Below, one piece after another: positions 52,741-62,806 of a stretch of 64,000 bases of DNA; within the stretch, counting starts at the first letter, position 1; each line of letters starts with the position of its first letter. Both the position numbers and the translations under genes were made by a program. This DNA is from an uncultured bacterium. GTDB lineage: Bacteria; CSSED10-310; CAZUFC01. Under the pieces are notes generated by a model. The model did not search any database. It had not been told where the DNA came from and saw nothing but the letters and a program-made list of their open reading frames with translations. The stretch lies in the NCBI GenBank assembly GCA_964619725.1, contig CAZUFC010000018.1, forward strand, positions 397-64,396, written 5' to 3'.

Positions 52741-53853
52741 TCACGCTCCAAGCGCTTCGCTGAGCACATCCATAATGTCTTTAACTCTGCCTTCTTTTCC
52801 GTCGACGTTATTAAACGCTCTCGTGCATTCCGGACAGGCGGTAACGAGGATATCGCCTTTGCGTACTTTGAATTCCCGGAATCTTCTTTCGGCAATGGCG
52901 GCGGCTGTTTCAGGAACGGTAAAGGACAGCCGGCTTCCATAGCCGCAACAGATTGCATCTCTTTTATGCCAATGAAATTCCTGGAATCCGTTTCGGCAGA
53001 TTTTTTCCAATATCCTTCTCGGCGCCTCGAATATATTAAGTTTTCTTCCCAAATAACAGGGATCATGATAAAAAATTTTCCCCTCGACCGGATGAACCGG
53101 CTTATTTACATCAGCAACGTAAGGGGAGAAAAATTCGGTTACATGGACGAATTCCGTTCTGCTTTTGAATCCCAGGGCGGGATAACGCTCCAGAAACTCA
53201 ACCAGACATTCCGGGCTATGGCAGATAACCTTTTTCGCATGCTTTATATTCTTCCAGAATTTTCCGGCATGCTTTTCAAATTCATCGGCAAATCCCAGAA
53301 CATCCAGAGGTTCGCCGCAGCAAAACGGCGGTTCCGTCATGACTCCCACAAAATCGATTTCAAAGAATTTCAGGAGTTTAATAATGGAAGCTAAAGTTTT
53401 CGGACTGTTCGCAACTAAATCGCAACCAGGAAAATAGAGGACTTCTGCATCATTGACTTTGTATTCTTCGGGAACATAGTGATCGAGATTTTTTTTCAAG
53501 TCGGTTTTGTGAAGGCTGCCGAAATGAGTGAAATTCCGTTTCAAATTTCTGGTATCTCTGGAGATAAGTTTCAAATCGACGGCTTGTCGTCTTGCTTTTC
53601 TCATGACGTCGGGTATTACGACGTCGTGATCGCAATATTCAAAGCATGCCATACAGAAGGCACAATGATGAAACAAAGAGGCGGTTTCGACGTCGAAAGG
53701 TCTAAAGCCTTTTTCGACAAGATAAAACAGCGTCTGCCTGCCCCATGGCGTAGACGTTTCGCTGCTTTCAGCAACGGCGACAGGGCATGAAAACCGGCAC
53801 AATTTAGGACAATAAGCGCAATATCTGGTTTCCCATCCCGGTTCGTCAGTCAT
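52741..53853 (-). CDS. Fe-S oxidoreductase subunit (2x4Fe-4S + 2 CCG domains; GlcF/GlpC-like)
   Basis: CAYCPKLCRFSC, CAFCMACFEYC, CCGEP, HDPCYL and CCGYG. ATG overlaps the upstream stop (ATGACTGA), with GGGAG RBS. Confidence 0.88.
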   Translation of the reverse strand: MTDEPGWETRYCAYCPKLCRFSCPVAVAESSETSTPWGRQTLFYLVEKGFRPFDVETASLFHHCAFCMACFEYCDHDVVIPDVMRKARRQAVDLKLISRDTRNLKRNFTHFGSLHKTDLKKNLDHYVPEEYKVNDAEVLYFPGCDLVANSPKTLASIIKLLKFFEIDFVGVMTEPPFCCGEPLDVLGFADEFEKHAGKFWKNIKHAKKVICHSPECLVEFLERYPALGFKSRTEFVHVTEFFSPYVADVNKPVHPVEGKIFYHDPCYLGRKLNIFEAPRRILEKICRNGFQEFHWHKRDAICCGYGSRLSFTVPETAAAIAERRFREFKVRKGDILVTACPECTRAFNNVDGKEGRVKDIMDVLSEALGA

Positions 53854-56689
53854 AATGTATCTCCCTGAAAGCGGGGATTGAAGCCAGAAAACGACGAGCC
53901 TCCTTCGCCATTGTCCATTTTTCCTCCGGATAGTATAAAAGCTCACCTTTGCGTTTAAGCATCAGAAGGCTTAATCCCGCTTTTTCAGCCGTCTTTTTAA
54001 TATCTTCATCACTCGGCAGGGCACTTTTTTTCATTTTTATCCAAAGCGTCGCTCCGTGCTTATTGCATCTGCTGAGCATCGCCGGTTCTCCGCAGACATC
54101 ATTGAAGAATGAATCGTTGCTGAATATTATCAGCAGGTCTTTCCAGATTCCTGAAACGGAAATCATCCGCTCATTCATTTTCAGGTTGAACAATTCTGAA
54201 TTTTTTTCAATTTGCACCTCAGATAACCTGTCGCCGATATTTTTCATGCTTTTTTGAAATCGCTCGAGTTGGATGGACGCTCTTTTGCGGTCTCCGTATG
54301 ACGTGGCCTGTACAAGTAATTTTCGTCCGCCGTCATCGAACAGCATTTCGCAATGAAGAGTCGTCATATCGGCTGCCAGGAGTCCGGCGATCGCTTTAAG
54401 AGTTTTCCGGGCATCTGAAGTTTGAAAAATTTCACTTGCGGCCGCTTTTTCTATTCTGCGTATTTTGAACCTTACCGCAGTCATCAGCACGAAATGACCG
54501 CCCGAACCTATGAAAAGAGGCTTCAGATCGGGGCCTGCAGCGGAAGCGGGAACATTCCTGGTTTTTAATTCCGATCCGTCCGGAAGAAGGCCGGTCCAGG
54601 ATAAAATGGAATTTTCAAGACTCATTTCCGTCAATCCGTCAGGATAAACCATGCGAGCGCCGAGCAGACCTCCGAGAGTACCTTCATCATATCGATTGCA
54701 GGCGAAGGCCGGCCTGTAACCCTCTTCTTTGAGTTTTTCAATGATGTCCTTGATTTTTGCTCCGCTTTCGGCTTCCGCTGTCATGGTAATGGGGTCCGGC
54801 TTGAAGATGCGGTTAAGCGAAGTCATTCTAATGATATATGCGCCGCTCAATTCACCCGGATTAAAAAAAGTTCTCGTTCCGTTACCCACAACATAAATTT
54901 TTTTATTTTTACCGAACAATAAGCTTATGCATTCCGCCAATTGATTTTTGTTCTCCGGCATCATGATGCATTTCGGTAAATCCGCTTTTTCCGGCGTCAT
55001 GAAGGGTAATGACTTTTTCACGAAATCGGCGATTTCGGCGCTGTCTTTTATGATCCCTTTTTTTCCTGCAATAGTTTCCAGTCCTCTCACCGTATCTTTT
55101 CTCTTTTTAGTCTTTTTCGGAACATCAATATTGTCAGGATTCAGACTCATTTTACCGGGATTCATTAAACCACCGGGATCAATAACGCTTTTGAAGCTAC
55201 GCAAGACATTGATGCCGTTGCCTTTTTCTTTCGGCATCCAATTTTGCTTAAGGAACCCTATACCATGATGATGAGATATCGTCGCATCGCATTCGAGAAA
55301 AGCATCGAGGGCTTGCGCCCATACCCATTGATGCGTTTTCAGCGCTGTTTCAGCATCATTTTCATTTCCCACGACAGAAAAATAAATGGAACATCCTTCG
55401 GGGTAGGGATGAGAAAAATGCGCCATAATGAATGCCTTTTTACGGACCTTACTTATAACGGCATGGTATAGAGCTTCCACTTTATCCCAGGTTGCGCAGG
55501 TTTCTATCGTATCGACGAAGGAGCCAGCGTCGAAAATTTTCGATTGGTTGTATGACACGTGATAGCGGTTGTTCCACCAGTTTTCAGCGGGTTGGCTGCC
55601 GGCGTTTTCTCCGTCGTTTTTCTCGCATATATCCGTTGCAGCCTTAAGATCATGGGCAGATATTTCGTCATTCCCTTCAAACGTCATAATCAGTAAACAT
55701 TTGTCGGGAATGATGCCCGCCGGCAGGTTCAGTTTTGTCGGATGAGCGAGCAACCAGGCTTCGCTTCTGGAATAGATGGATTTCGATATAAATTCAAGTG
55801 CCTTGAACAAATGTGTATTCAGCAGTTGCGCCGTAAGAGGCGTTTTACCTCCGGAGGATTTCCCCACGAGCAGGGTGTCGAAGGGATCGTACAGTCTGAC
55901 GGCTGCAGGTTTAACGTCGCTCTGCATTATTTCCCGTATAGCGTTCAAAGCATCCTTTAAGTTTTTAAAATAGAATCCCTGAAAACATCGCGCCGCCGGT
56001 TTCCGGTATATTTTAAGCGTAGCCTGGGTAATGACGCCCAGGGTTCCTTCCGCTCCCACGAACAGTTCTCCCGCGTTCTTCTCATGCGAAGGAAAAAGTT
56101 CAGGTGACGTCGTTTCAACGATCTTTCCATTCGGTAAAACTACTCTTAGAGCAACGATCATATCTTCAATCTTGCCGTACCGGGGGGAAAGCTGCCCTGC
56201 GCTTCGAGCGCTGATCCAGCCTCCCAAAGCCGAGCAGTAAATGGACGAAGGGAAATGACCGAGAGTAAACCCGCGATATTGCAGTTCCCTTTCCAGTATT
56301 TCACCGATGATGCCGGTTTGAACTTTAGCGATAAGGCTGTTTTTATCCAGGGAAATGATGCGATTCATACGCTTCATATCCAAAATGACGCCGCCTTCCA
56401 ACGGCGCTGTTCCTCCGCATACCCCTGAGCCGCAACCAAAGGGAACGACAGGAACGGATTCCGCCCGGCAAACCTCCAATATCCGGGAAATTTGTCGTTC
56501 GTTTTTGGGTTTAACTATTATTGAAGGAAAGGGACAATATTTGCCGGCTCTTAATTTGATGATCGACCGAGGGTCCAGGTCCCTTGAATAGGCTATTTTA
56601 TCCGGCTCGTTATGCGAAATGTTCGGTTTTTTGACGATTTTTTCAAGTTTTTTTTCTACGGCGCTCAGTTTTTGTATTCGTTCATTCAT
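53846..56689 (-). CDS. Alkyl-dihydroxyacetone-phosphate-synthase-like FAD protein fused to a second (GlcE-like) FAD-binding domain
   Basis: PFGCGSGV.GG, LGHFPSS...S.LGGW..ARS.G..S..YGKIEDM, G.EGTLG, HFSH.Y..G.SIYF and ISHHHGIG (ADPS HHH). Second domain has VGNGT, TLGG and AGPDL..LFIGS.G. Confidence 0.82.
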   Translation of the reverse strand: MNERIQKLSAVEKKLEKIVKKPNISHNEPDKIAYSRDLDPRSIIKLRAGKYCPFPSIIVKPKNERQISRILEVCRAESVPVVPFGCGSGVCGGTAPLEGGVILDMKRMNRIISLDKNSLIAKVQTGIIGEILERELQYRGFTLGHFPSSIYCSALGGWISARSAGQLSPRYGKIEDMIVALRVVLPNGKIVETTSPELFPSHEKNAGELFVGAEGTLGVITQATLKIYRKPAARCFQGFYFKNLKDALNAIREIMQSDVKPAAVRLYDPFDTLLVGKSSGGKTPLTAQLLNTHLFKALEFISKSIYSRSEAWLLAHPTKLNLPAGIIPDKCLLIMTFEGNDEISAHDLKAATDICEKNDGENAGSQPAENWWNNRYHVSYNQSKIFDAGSFVDTIETCATWDKVEALYHAVISKVRKKAFIMAHFSHPYPEGCSIYFSVVGNENDAETALKTHQWVWAQALDAFLECDATISHHHGIGFLKQNWMPKEKGNGINVLRSFKSVIDPGGLMNPGKMSLNPDNIDVPKKTKKRKDTVRGLETIAGKKGIIKDSAEIADFVKKSLPFMTPEKADLPKCIMMPENKNQLAECISLLFGKNKKIYVVGNGTRTFFNPGELSGAYIIRMTSLNRIFKPDPITMTAEAESGAKIKDIIEKLKEEGYRPAFACNRYDEGTLGGLLGARMVYPDGLTEMSLENSILSWTGLLPDGSELKTRNVPASAAGPDLKPLFIGSGGHFVLMTAVRFKIRRIEKAAASEIFQTSDARKTLKAIAGLLAADMTTLHCEMLFDDGGRKLLVQATSYGDRKRASIQLERFQKSMKNIGDRLSEVQIEKNSELFNLKMNERMISVSGIWKDLLIIFSNDSFFNDVCGEPAMLSRCNKHGATLWIKMKKSALPSDEDIKKTAEKAGLSLLMLKRKGELLYYPEEKWTMAKEARRFLASIPAFREIHYD

Positions 56690-56770
56690 CGTTTATTTTC
56701 CATCTGAAAAATTAGAAATGTTCTTTCCGGTTCGCAAAGCATCAGGGTTATGCCCCGGCCTATCAGCAAA

Positions 56771-57997
56771 TCAGCGCTTTTCATTACCGCTTTCAGATTG
56801 CTTAAGAAATTCTGAGAAAGTCATAACCGGAAAATCGTCTAAATCCGAGAACTTTCTGAAAACATAACGGCTGGTAGGACAAAATGTGACCATAATTTTC
56901 GCCTTTGAGAGGAAAGCCCGTTGCACGCCTTGAGCCGCCATTGCTTTAACCAGTTTCTTGTGAGTGATTCCCGCGCCTCCGCCTGCGCCGCAACAGGGAG
57001 CGGTTTCCGGGTCCTGGTCCATGTTCGTTATTTCCGCTCCCGTTTGTTTCAGGAGCATTCTGTTCAGAACGCCCAGGTTTTCATACCGGGTAAGCAGACA
57101 GGGATCGTGTATAAATATCTTTTCGGGGATGCTCAACGACGGCAAACGGTTTCGAAGCGCTTCGGTAATAAAGAGAATCCTGAATGAATGTTTGAAGTAA
57201 GGGCTGTTTTTAAAGAAAAGGAAGCAACCGGGACATCCCGTTATAATTGTGTCTGCACCTGCTTTTCTCAACATCTCCAAATTACGGCGAATCAAGTTCT
57301 CCTGTTCTGAAGATGGGAAGCCGAAAACATCAAGTATCCTCCCGCAACAGACTTCATCGATTAAGCCGGCTTGCAGGCCTGCTTTTTTTAACCAATAAAG
57401 ATCATGGTCCGCTGTTTCAGGACTTCTCCACCGGACCGTGCAACCTCTGAAATATACGATTTGAAATTTACCGGTTGCCTGGCCTCCGGACTGCCCGAAA
57501 ATATTTCCGCTTTGCTGCAGGTTCTTTATCGTTTTTTGAATTTTTTCAGGAAGCTGTTCCCGTGACGTCCGGTAAACCGAGCTCCGCACGAATTTGACCA
57601 TCTGAGCGACAGGAACTTCCTCCGGGCAAACAGACTCGCATTGCCGACATAGCAGGCACATGTAAAGCCGGTCTGTCGTGGAACGACTTTCCGGAACAGA
57701 ACGGCCGTAAGCCGTCACGTATTCCCGTGGGCCGGGAAATTCCGGCAGACTGCCGGTTTTTACTAGTTCACAATGATCTTCGCATAGTCCGCAACTGACG
57801 CATCTTTCAAATTCAGGCAATCTTTTCAGGTCGTTGAAAGTATAACCGGAGATTCTGTCTTCATGATACGTTTTCTCAAATTCATCAGCCTGATCGCTTC
57901 TGGATTTGAATATTCCGGCGATTCTTTGAAAAAGATGAATATTGAACCTGATACCCAGATGAAAAATGGCGCTGATCGCTCCTCTTATCTTCCCCAT
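56771..57997 (-). CDS. Fe-S oxidoreductase, GlpC-like (2x4Fe-4S + 2 CCG)
   Basis: CVSCGLCEDHC, CLLCRQCESVC, CCGR, GCPGC, HDPC and CCGAGGG; start uncertain (57997-58045). Confidence 0.85.
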   Translation of the reverse strand: MGKIRGAISAIFHLGIRFNIHLFQRIAGIFKSRSDQADEFEKTYHEDRISGYTFNDLKRLPEFERCVSCGLCEDHCELVKTGSLPEFPGPREYVTAYGRSVPESRSTTDRLYMCLLCRQCESVCPEEVPVAQMVKFVRSSVYRTSREQLPEKIQKTIKNLQQSGNIFGQSGGQATGKFQIVYFRGCTVRWRSPETADHDLYWLKKAGLQAGLIDEVCCGRILDVFGFPSSEQENLIRRNLEMLRKAGADTIITGCPGCFLFFKNSPYFKHSFRILFITEALRNRLPSLSIPEKIFIHDPCLLTRYENLGVLNRMLLKQTGAEITNMDQDPETAPCCGAGGGAGITHKKLVKAMAAQGVQRAFLSKAKIMVTFCPTSRYVFRKFSDLDDFPVMTFSEFLKQSESGNEKR

Positions 57998-58013
57998 GAT
58001 CCGGCTTTTCCTT

Positions 58014-59402
58014 TCAACCGCCTCCCGCAAAAAGCGAAGGAACATTCAATCCGGCGGCGTATCCCGTCAAAAGAGCGGTCCCTAATCCGCAACTTTCCTC
58101 TACAGGATCGTAACCGCTCAGGACAGAACCGGCGAGCATGACATTTTTCCAGATGACCTTACCGGTGTCATCTACGGGACGTAACATGCCGTCGGTCCAT
58201 ATGCCCGATGAAAACAACGGTTGTTTTCCGAAAAAAGATGGATGGCTTAATTTGGCTGCGTTCGCGGCGCTCAGAACTCCATCGCGTGATTGAAGTTCAA
58301 GGTTCAACAATTTATTACAAACAGCGCCCTTATCGTTTAATTCGGTTCCGGCAAACCGTCCGACTGCGAAAATAAAAGCGTCTGCCTCGATTATCAGTTC
58401 GGCGCCTGATATCTTTCTCAGACAGACCGCTTCAATTCCGTCTCCTTCCGTATTAAATTTAACCGATGCGATACGGCCCCGGAGAACAGGAATACCGGCA
58501 GACATCAGCATTTTTTCCAGTCTGCGTTTTATCCTGATTCCCGCAGCCCCGGGAAACGGCGATACTATCTCAGCGACGGATTTGTTCAGCTCATTTTCCA
58601 GTATCTGCAGACATTCTTCATGCCGCTCCAGTCCCAGAACACAGGGAAAAATCACCATATCAACATCGTTCGAGAGCGATTTCAATTCAGTTTTCACTTT
58701 TTCAGCGATTTTAAGGGAACAAGAAGCATCATCCAATTTTCTTGCGATTTGAGCGGCTTTGATTTCGTGGGAATTCTTCAAATCATCCAGCTCTAATTCG
58801 CATGCCTTAACTGATTTACTGAAAGAACCGGATGATAATGAGTTTTGTAATTTTTCTTTGAGGAATGCCGAGATATACCCGGCTGAAAATTCCGGATATT
58901 GTTTAAAACCTGTAATCAGAAGCGATTTCGAGTTCAGATTTTCTCTTCTACATTCGTAAAAGGCCGGCAGGCAATAATCGGTCCAACGATAGGCGCCGAA
59001 GGAGGTCAAAAGTTCTATCGATCTCTCAGGCGTTCCTTTCCAATATGATTCGTCCTCGCCGTCATCGAATGCTTCAACAACGGCACGAACAGCTTTTGAA
59101 AGTCCGCCGTTATCATTTTTACTTCGGATAATTTCCGCTACTTTGGCATAAGGATGTTCCGGATTGCGCTCGATAAGCCGCTTTATCCTCTGATCTAAAT
59201 TCAAGTCCCGGCGGTTATTAATTCGATAATAGTCGTCCCACTCGGTGGGAGAAGCGAAATGAAGCAAGCCCGATGAAAGTTGCGTTTCACCTCCCCCGCC
59301 TTCAAGGACGCACAAATTGAGACCGGATTCTTTCGCTTTCAGGGCTGCCATCGTTCCTGCAGCTTCTGCCCCTGCGATGATCAGATCGTAACGCCGGTTC
59401 AT
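58014..59402 (-). CDS. glpB: Anaerobic glycerol-3-phosphate dehydrogenase subunit B-like
   Basis: N-terminal FAD Rossmann (divergent GAEAAG), G.T.LSSG, HPY, P.VLG, PG..G.R and GSVLSGYDP...CGLG.A..TG. Confidence 0.78.
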   Translation of the reverse strand: MNRRYDLIIAGAEAAGTMAALKAKESGLNLCVLEGGGGETQLSSGLLHFASPTEWDDYYRINNRRDLNLDQRIKRLIERNPEHPYAKVAEIIRSKNDNGGLSKAVRAVVEAFDDGEDESYWKGTPERSIELLTSFGAYRWTDYCLPAFYECRRENLNSKSLLITGFKQYPEFSAGYISAFLKEKLQNSLSSGSFSKSVKACELELDDLKNSHEIKAAQIARKLDDASCSLKIAEKVKTELKSLSNDVDMVIFPCVLGLERHEECLQILENELNKSVAEIVSPFPGAAGIRIKRRLEKMLMSAGIPVLRGRIASVKFNTEGDGIEAVCLRKISGAELIIEADAFIFAVGRFAGTELNDKGAVCNKLLNLELQSRDGVLSAANAAKLSHPSFFGKQPLFSSGIWTDGMLRPVDDTGKVIWKNVMLAGSVLSGYDPVEESCGLGTALLTGYAAGLNVPSLFAGGG

Positions 59403-59484
59403 CGGTAATCCCTCCGGTATTTCCGGTTGCCGGGTAAAAGGAGGCGGCAGAAGCGCCCCTGGTTGAATAGGAGAGTATTACAAT

Positions 59485-61140
59485 TCATTTTAATGCGCCT
59501 GTACCCAGATGTATAAAACGATTTATCTGTTCCTGCAGCAGGTTGATCCTGGAAGCGACGGGACGGCGGTTTTTCCATTTTGATTGAAGAAAAGAGCGTA
59601 ATTCATTTTTTATCTGATCCGCTCCCCATTCCAATTCTTCTCCAAGAATAACCGCTGCCTGGAATGAACAGGAAAAACCTCCGCAGGGACCCATCCCGAG
59701 TCTCGTCCGCCTGCTGATGTCTTCCAGCGTTGCGGCATGTTCATGTCTCACGGCGTGCCTGATTTCAGCGCGACTGATCGATTCGCACCGGCATATAATG
59801 GTTTTTTTGTCCTGGTCGTCCCATTCGTCCGATTCCAGTATATCCTGCGCCGTCGTTCCATATCGGCAAATCATACGTTCCGCAGCTAACTCGATAATAC
59901 CGTGTTTTCTTGCAAGTTCGCCGGCGCTTACGGAGGATGCGCTTCCCGGTAAAGGGAGCTCCCGGGTTCTGCAGGCGCTGCAGGTACGCTTTCTGTTCAG
60001 TTTTTCACATACGCGGTCAACAGCCTTTTCCGCCATCAGGCGATAATCAGCCAATTTTCCTCCCGTTATAGTCGCCAATCCTTCGATGCCGTCAGACTCA
60101 GCGTGATCAATTACTTTGAAATCCCTGGACAGGCGATCCTCGTTCACCCCCCAATCGAACAAGGTAGGCCTAATACCGGCTATCACCCCTGTGATCCGTG
60201 CCTCCCTGATCCGGGGAAGAACCCGCTCCATCGACGCCAGCAGGTATTCGACCTCATCATTTAAAACTTCAATATCGTCCAAATCTCCGAAATAATCATC
60301 ATCCGTCGTTCCCAGCATGCTGATGTTTTCATGCGGCTGAACGAATATCTCACGCCCGTCCATGGCCGTGGCTACGACGGCATAATTCACTATCCGCCGA
60401 TCGAACAGAATGTGCACCCCTTTGGCAGGCCTGAGCTTCACCTCCGCACCGGCCATCTCAGCCAATTCCGAAGACCAGGGTCCGCCGGCATTTAAAATTA
60501 TATCGCATTCCAATTCCTTGTATTCACCCGTCAATTCGTTCACGCAATTCAGTCCCGTTATTCTTCGGCCTTCCCGTCTGAAACCGGCCGCTCGATGGTG
60601 ATTCCATATCTCAGCGCCGTGCTCCCTGGCTGATAAAGCATTCAAAAGACATAAACGATATACGTCTATCCCCCATTCATCAAAAGTGATCGCTCCCTCC
60701 GTCATCCACGACAATCCCGGTTCCAACTTCAAAACCTCTTCTCGCCTCAACCTCAAATGACGTTTGCCGCCCTTTAACCGGCTGAACCGGTCATATTCCT
60801 TCATGAAAGTTTCGATCAATTCTATCTGTATCTTCGGAAATAACTTATCCTTCAAGACAGGAAATATAAAAGGAATGCGGAATATCAGATGTCCCGCGTT
60901 TTCTGCTATTGAACCGCTGTCCTCACAAGCGTCTCGCGTCGTCTTGCGATCATACAGCAAATATCGCACGCCGCCGTGGATCATGCCGCTCGATACGCCG
61001 CTCGTTCCCGATCCGAAATCGTTTTTCTCAAGCAATAACGTCTTTACGCCCCGCAGCGCCAGATCACGCGCGCACCCGCTGCCCACTGCTCCGCCGCCGA
61101 TCACGATACATTCAAATTTTTTTTCTCCTCTTTCTTTCAT
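59485..61140 (-). CDS. glpA: Anaerobic glycerol-3-phosphate dehydrogenase subunit A-like with C-terminal BFD [2Fe-2S]
   Basis: GGGAVG...ARDLALRG, SGMIHGGVRY, KGVH, GTTD, AGIRP, GGKL..YR and CRCE...RTRLGMGPCGG..C. Confidence 0.9.
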   Translation of the reverse strand: MKERGEKKFECIVIGGGAVGSGCARDLALRGVKTLLLEKNDFGSGTSGVSSGMIHGGVRYLLYDRKTTRDACEDSGSIAENAGHLIFRIPFIFPVLKDKLFPKIQIELIETFMKEYDRFSRLKGGKRHLRLRREEVLKLEPGLSWMTEGAITFDEWGIDVYRLCLLNALSAREHGAEIWNHHRAAGFRREGRRITGLNCVNELTGEYKELECDIILNAGGPWSSELAEMAGAEVKLRPAKGVHILFDRRIVNYAVVATAMDGREIFVQPHENISMLGTTDDDYFGDLDDIEVLNDEVEYLLASMERVLPRIREARITGVIAGIRPTLFDWGVNEDRLSRDFKVIDHAESDGIEGLATITGGKLADYRLMAEKAVDRVCEKLNRKRTCSACRTRELPLPGSASSVSAGELARKHGIIELAAERMICRYGTTAQDILESDEWDDQDKKTIICRCESISRAEIRHAVRHEHAATLEDISRRTRLGMGPCGGFSCSFQAAVILGEELEWGADQIKNELRSFLQSKWKNRRPVASRINLLQEQINRFIHLGTGALK

Positions 61141-61219
61141 AATGTCATTTCTAACCGTATTAACGCATTGTGTCAAGAGCTTGAAATAAATAATCATTAC
61201 GGGAAAAATTAAAAAATTC

Positions 61220-61357
61220 GGGAATGATCAACCCGGGGTTGCACTTCATTCTAAACTTTTGACGTTTTGTTTCAGTAATCGGGATCGCAATCGAAACAAA
61301 ATGAGGGGAGATTCTGTCGAATTGTAACCTCAAAAGACGCCTCTTTGATCGATGCCC
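61220..61357 (-). mobile_element. TGATCA-ended MITE-like repeat
   Basis: GGGAATGATCAACCCGGGGTTGCAC...GTAACCTCAAAAGACGCCTCTTTGATCGATGCCC. Confidence 0.85.
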
Positions 61358-61495
61358 TCTCTAAAAAATGCATATCGCTTTATCATTGTCAATCATCAAA
61401 CGCATCGCATAGAATGAAGGCTGCGTAGAATTTTGGTCGCATGAGCAGGACATCAAATCAGGATCGCCGAAATAAAGTCGGCAGAGCAGGGAAAA

Positions 61496-62422
61496 ATGTT
61501 GAACCGTGTGAAGAATTTCTTTATTTACAGCAGATTTCCGTTTTTTACGGGAGTGGTCATGCCGGTAATGATAGGGACGAGTCTTGCTTATGCGGAAGGA
61601 CATCCTGTGCATTGGGTTCGTTTTCTGATGGTTCTGGCCGGGATGGTGTTTGTTCATGCCGGTATGAATCTGGCCAATGATTATTATGATTTCAAGAGCG
61701 GGGCCGACCTGGGGAACCGCAATCGAGGACCTTTTTCAGGAGGCGGTCCGGCGCTGATTGAAAAGCGTGCGACACCTGGGCATGCAAAAGTATTGGTTGT
61801 ATTTTCATTTGCCGTATCGGCGCTGATGGGTATTTCACTGGCATTGGCGGTGAAGGAAGTCCTGGGGCTGTTAATTTTTCTGATGGTCGCCGGTTTCCTG
61901 GGCGGCTATTTTTATGCTGCGCCGCCGGTGCAGCTTGCGTACAGGGGATATGGCGAATTGTTCATATTTCTTTGTTTCGGGCCGCTTGTTGTTCTGGGCG
62001 CTTATGCGGTCCAGAGCAGTATTTTTTCCTGGTCTGCAGTGTGGGCAGGCTTTCCTGTCGGGTTCCTCATAACCAATGTCTTATGGATCAACCAGTTTCC
62101 CGATGCTGAATCAGACAGGCAAGCCGGAAAAATGACCCTGGTGGTAAAAATGGGAAAAGCTCGTGCCCGTATACTTTTTTATCTCTTTTTTGCGGCGGGG
62201 TTTGCTGCACTGCCTGTTCTTTTTTTTGCGGGAGTGATAAAAGCGCCGGCGCTTGTCGCTCTGATTCCTGCCTTATTGGCCCTGAAGGCTTCGCTCATAT
62301 GCCGCAGGCATTACGATAATGCAAAGGCTCTCCTGCCTGCGCAACGTTATACCATCCTGGTCCATGCTTCCACGGGCATCCTGATGGCGCTCGGTCTGAC
62401 GGCATCCGGTTTTATCTCTTGA
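61496..62422 (+). CDS. menA: 1,4-dihydroxy-2-naphthoate prenyltransferase (UbiA family)
   Basis: NLANDYYD, Y..PP..L.YRG.GE and NQFPD..SD..AGK.TL.V motifs. Confidence 0.85.
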   Translation: MLNRVKNFFIYSRFPFFTGVVMPVMIGTSLAYAEGHPVHWVRFLMVLAGMVFVHAGMNLANDYYDFKSGADLGNRNRGPFSGGGPALIEKRATPGHAKVLVVFSFAVSALMGISLALAVKEVLGLLIFLMVAGFLGGYFYAAPPVQLAYRGYGELFIFLCFGPLVVLGAYAVQSSIFSWSAVWAGFPVGFLITNVLWINQFPDAESDRQAGKMTLVVKMGKARARILFYLFFAAGFAALPVLFFAGVIKAPALVALIPALLALKASLICRRHYDNAKALLPAQRYTILVHASTGILMALGLTASGFIS

Positions 62423-62806
62423 CTTTTTAGTTATATATGTCCATCCGTCCTATATTCAGACTTCGTTAAGGCAAAATTTAAAGTCATTTAAATTCAATTA
62501 TTTGAGCAGCATCTTTAAAATTGGACAATCGAGCAAAAACAAACATTTCAAAACTATTTAAATTCAATATGATAGTCAATGCCGGTGAATCGCCCGATCA
62601 TCTCTTTTTGGTCTAACTATATGATTTTAATAACTTTAATAAAATGATCCATTGTCCAAAAAATCCACTGTTTTTTCACCCCTTTTTAACGATCTCTGAT
62701 ATTATAATTTTTCATCTGCATTTTTCGATTATCGGAGTCGGTATAGCAAGCGGAACGGCAAATTCGGGATGTATCTTTAAATCTGATGCTAATATGCGTT
62801 TTTGAT

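Noticed and set aside
62460-62700. Replication origin in an AT-rich gap (ATTTAAATTCAAT twice, TTGGACAAT/ATTGTCCAA)
   Set aside because: No DnaA boxes or origin-linked genes; at most IHF-like sites.
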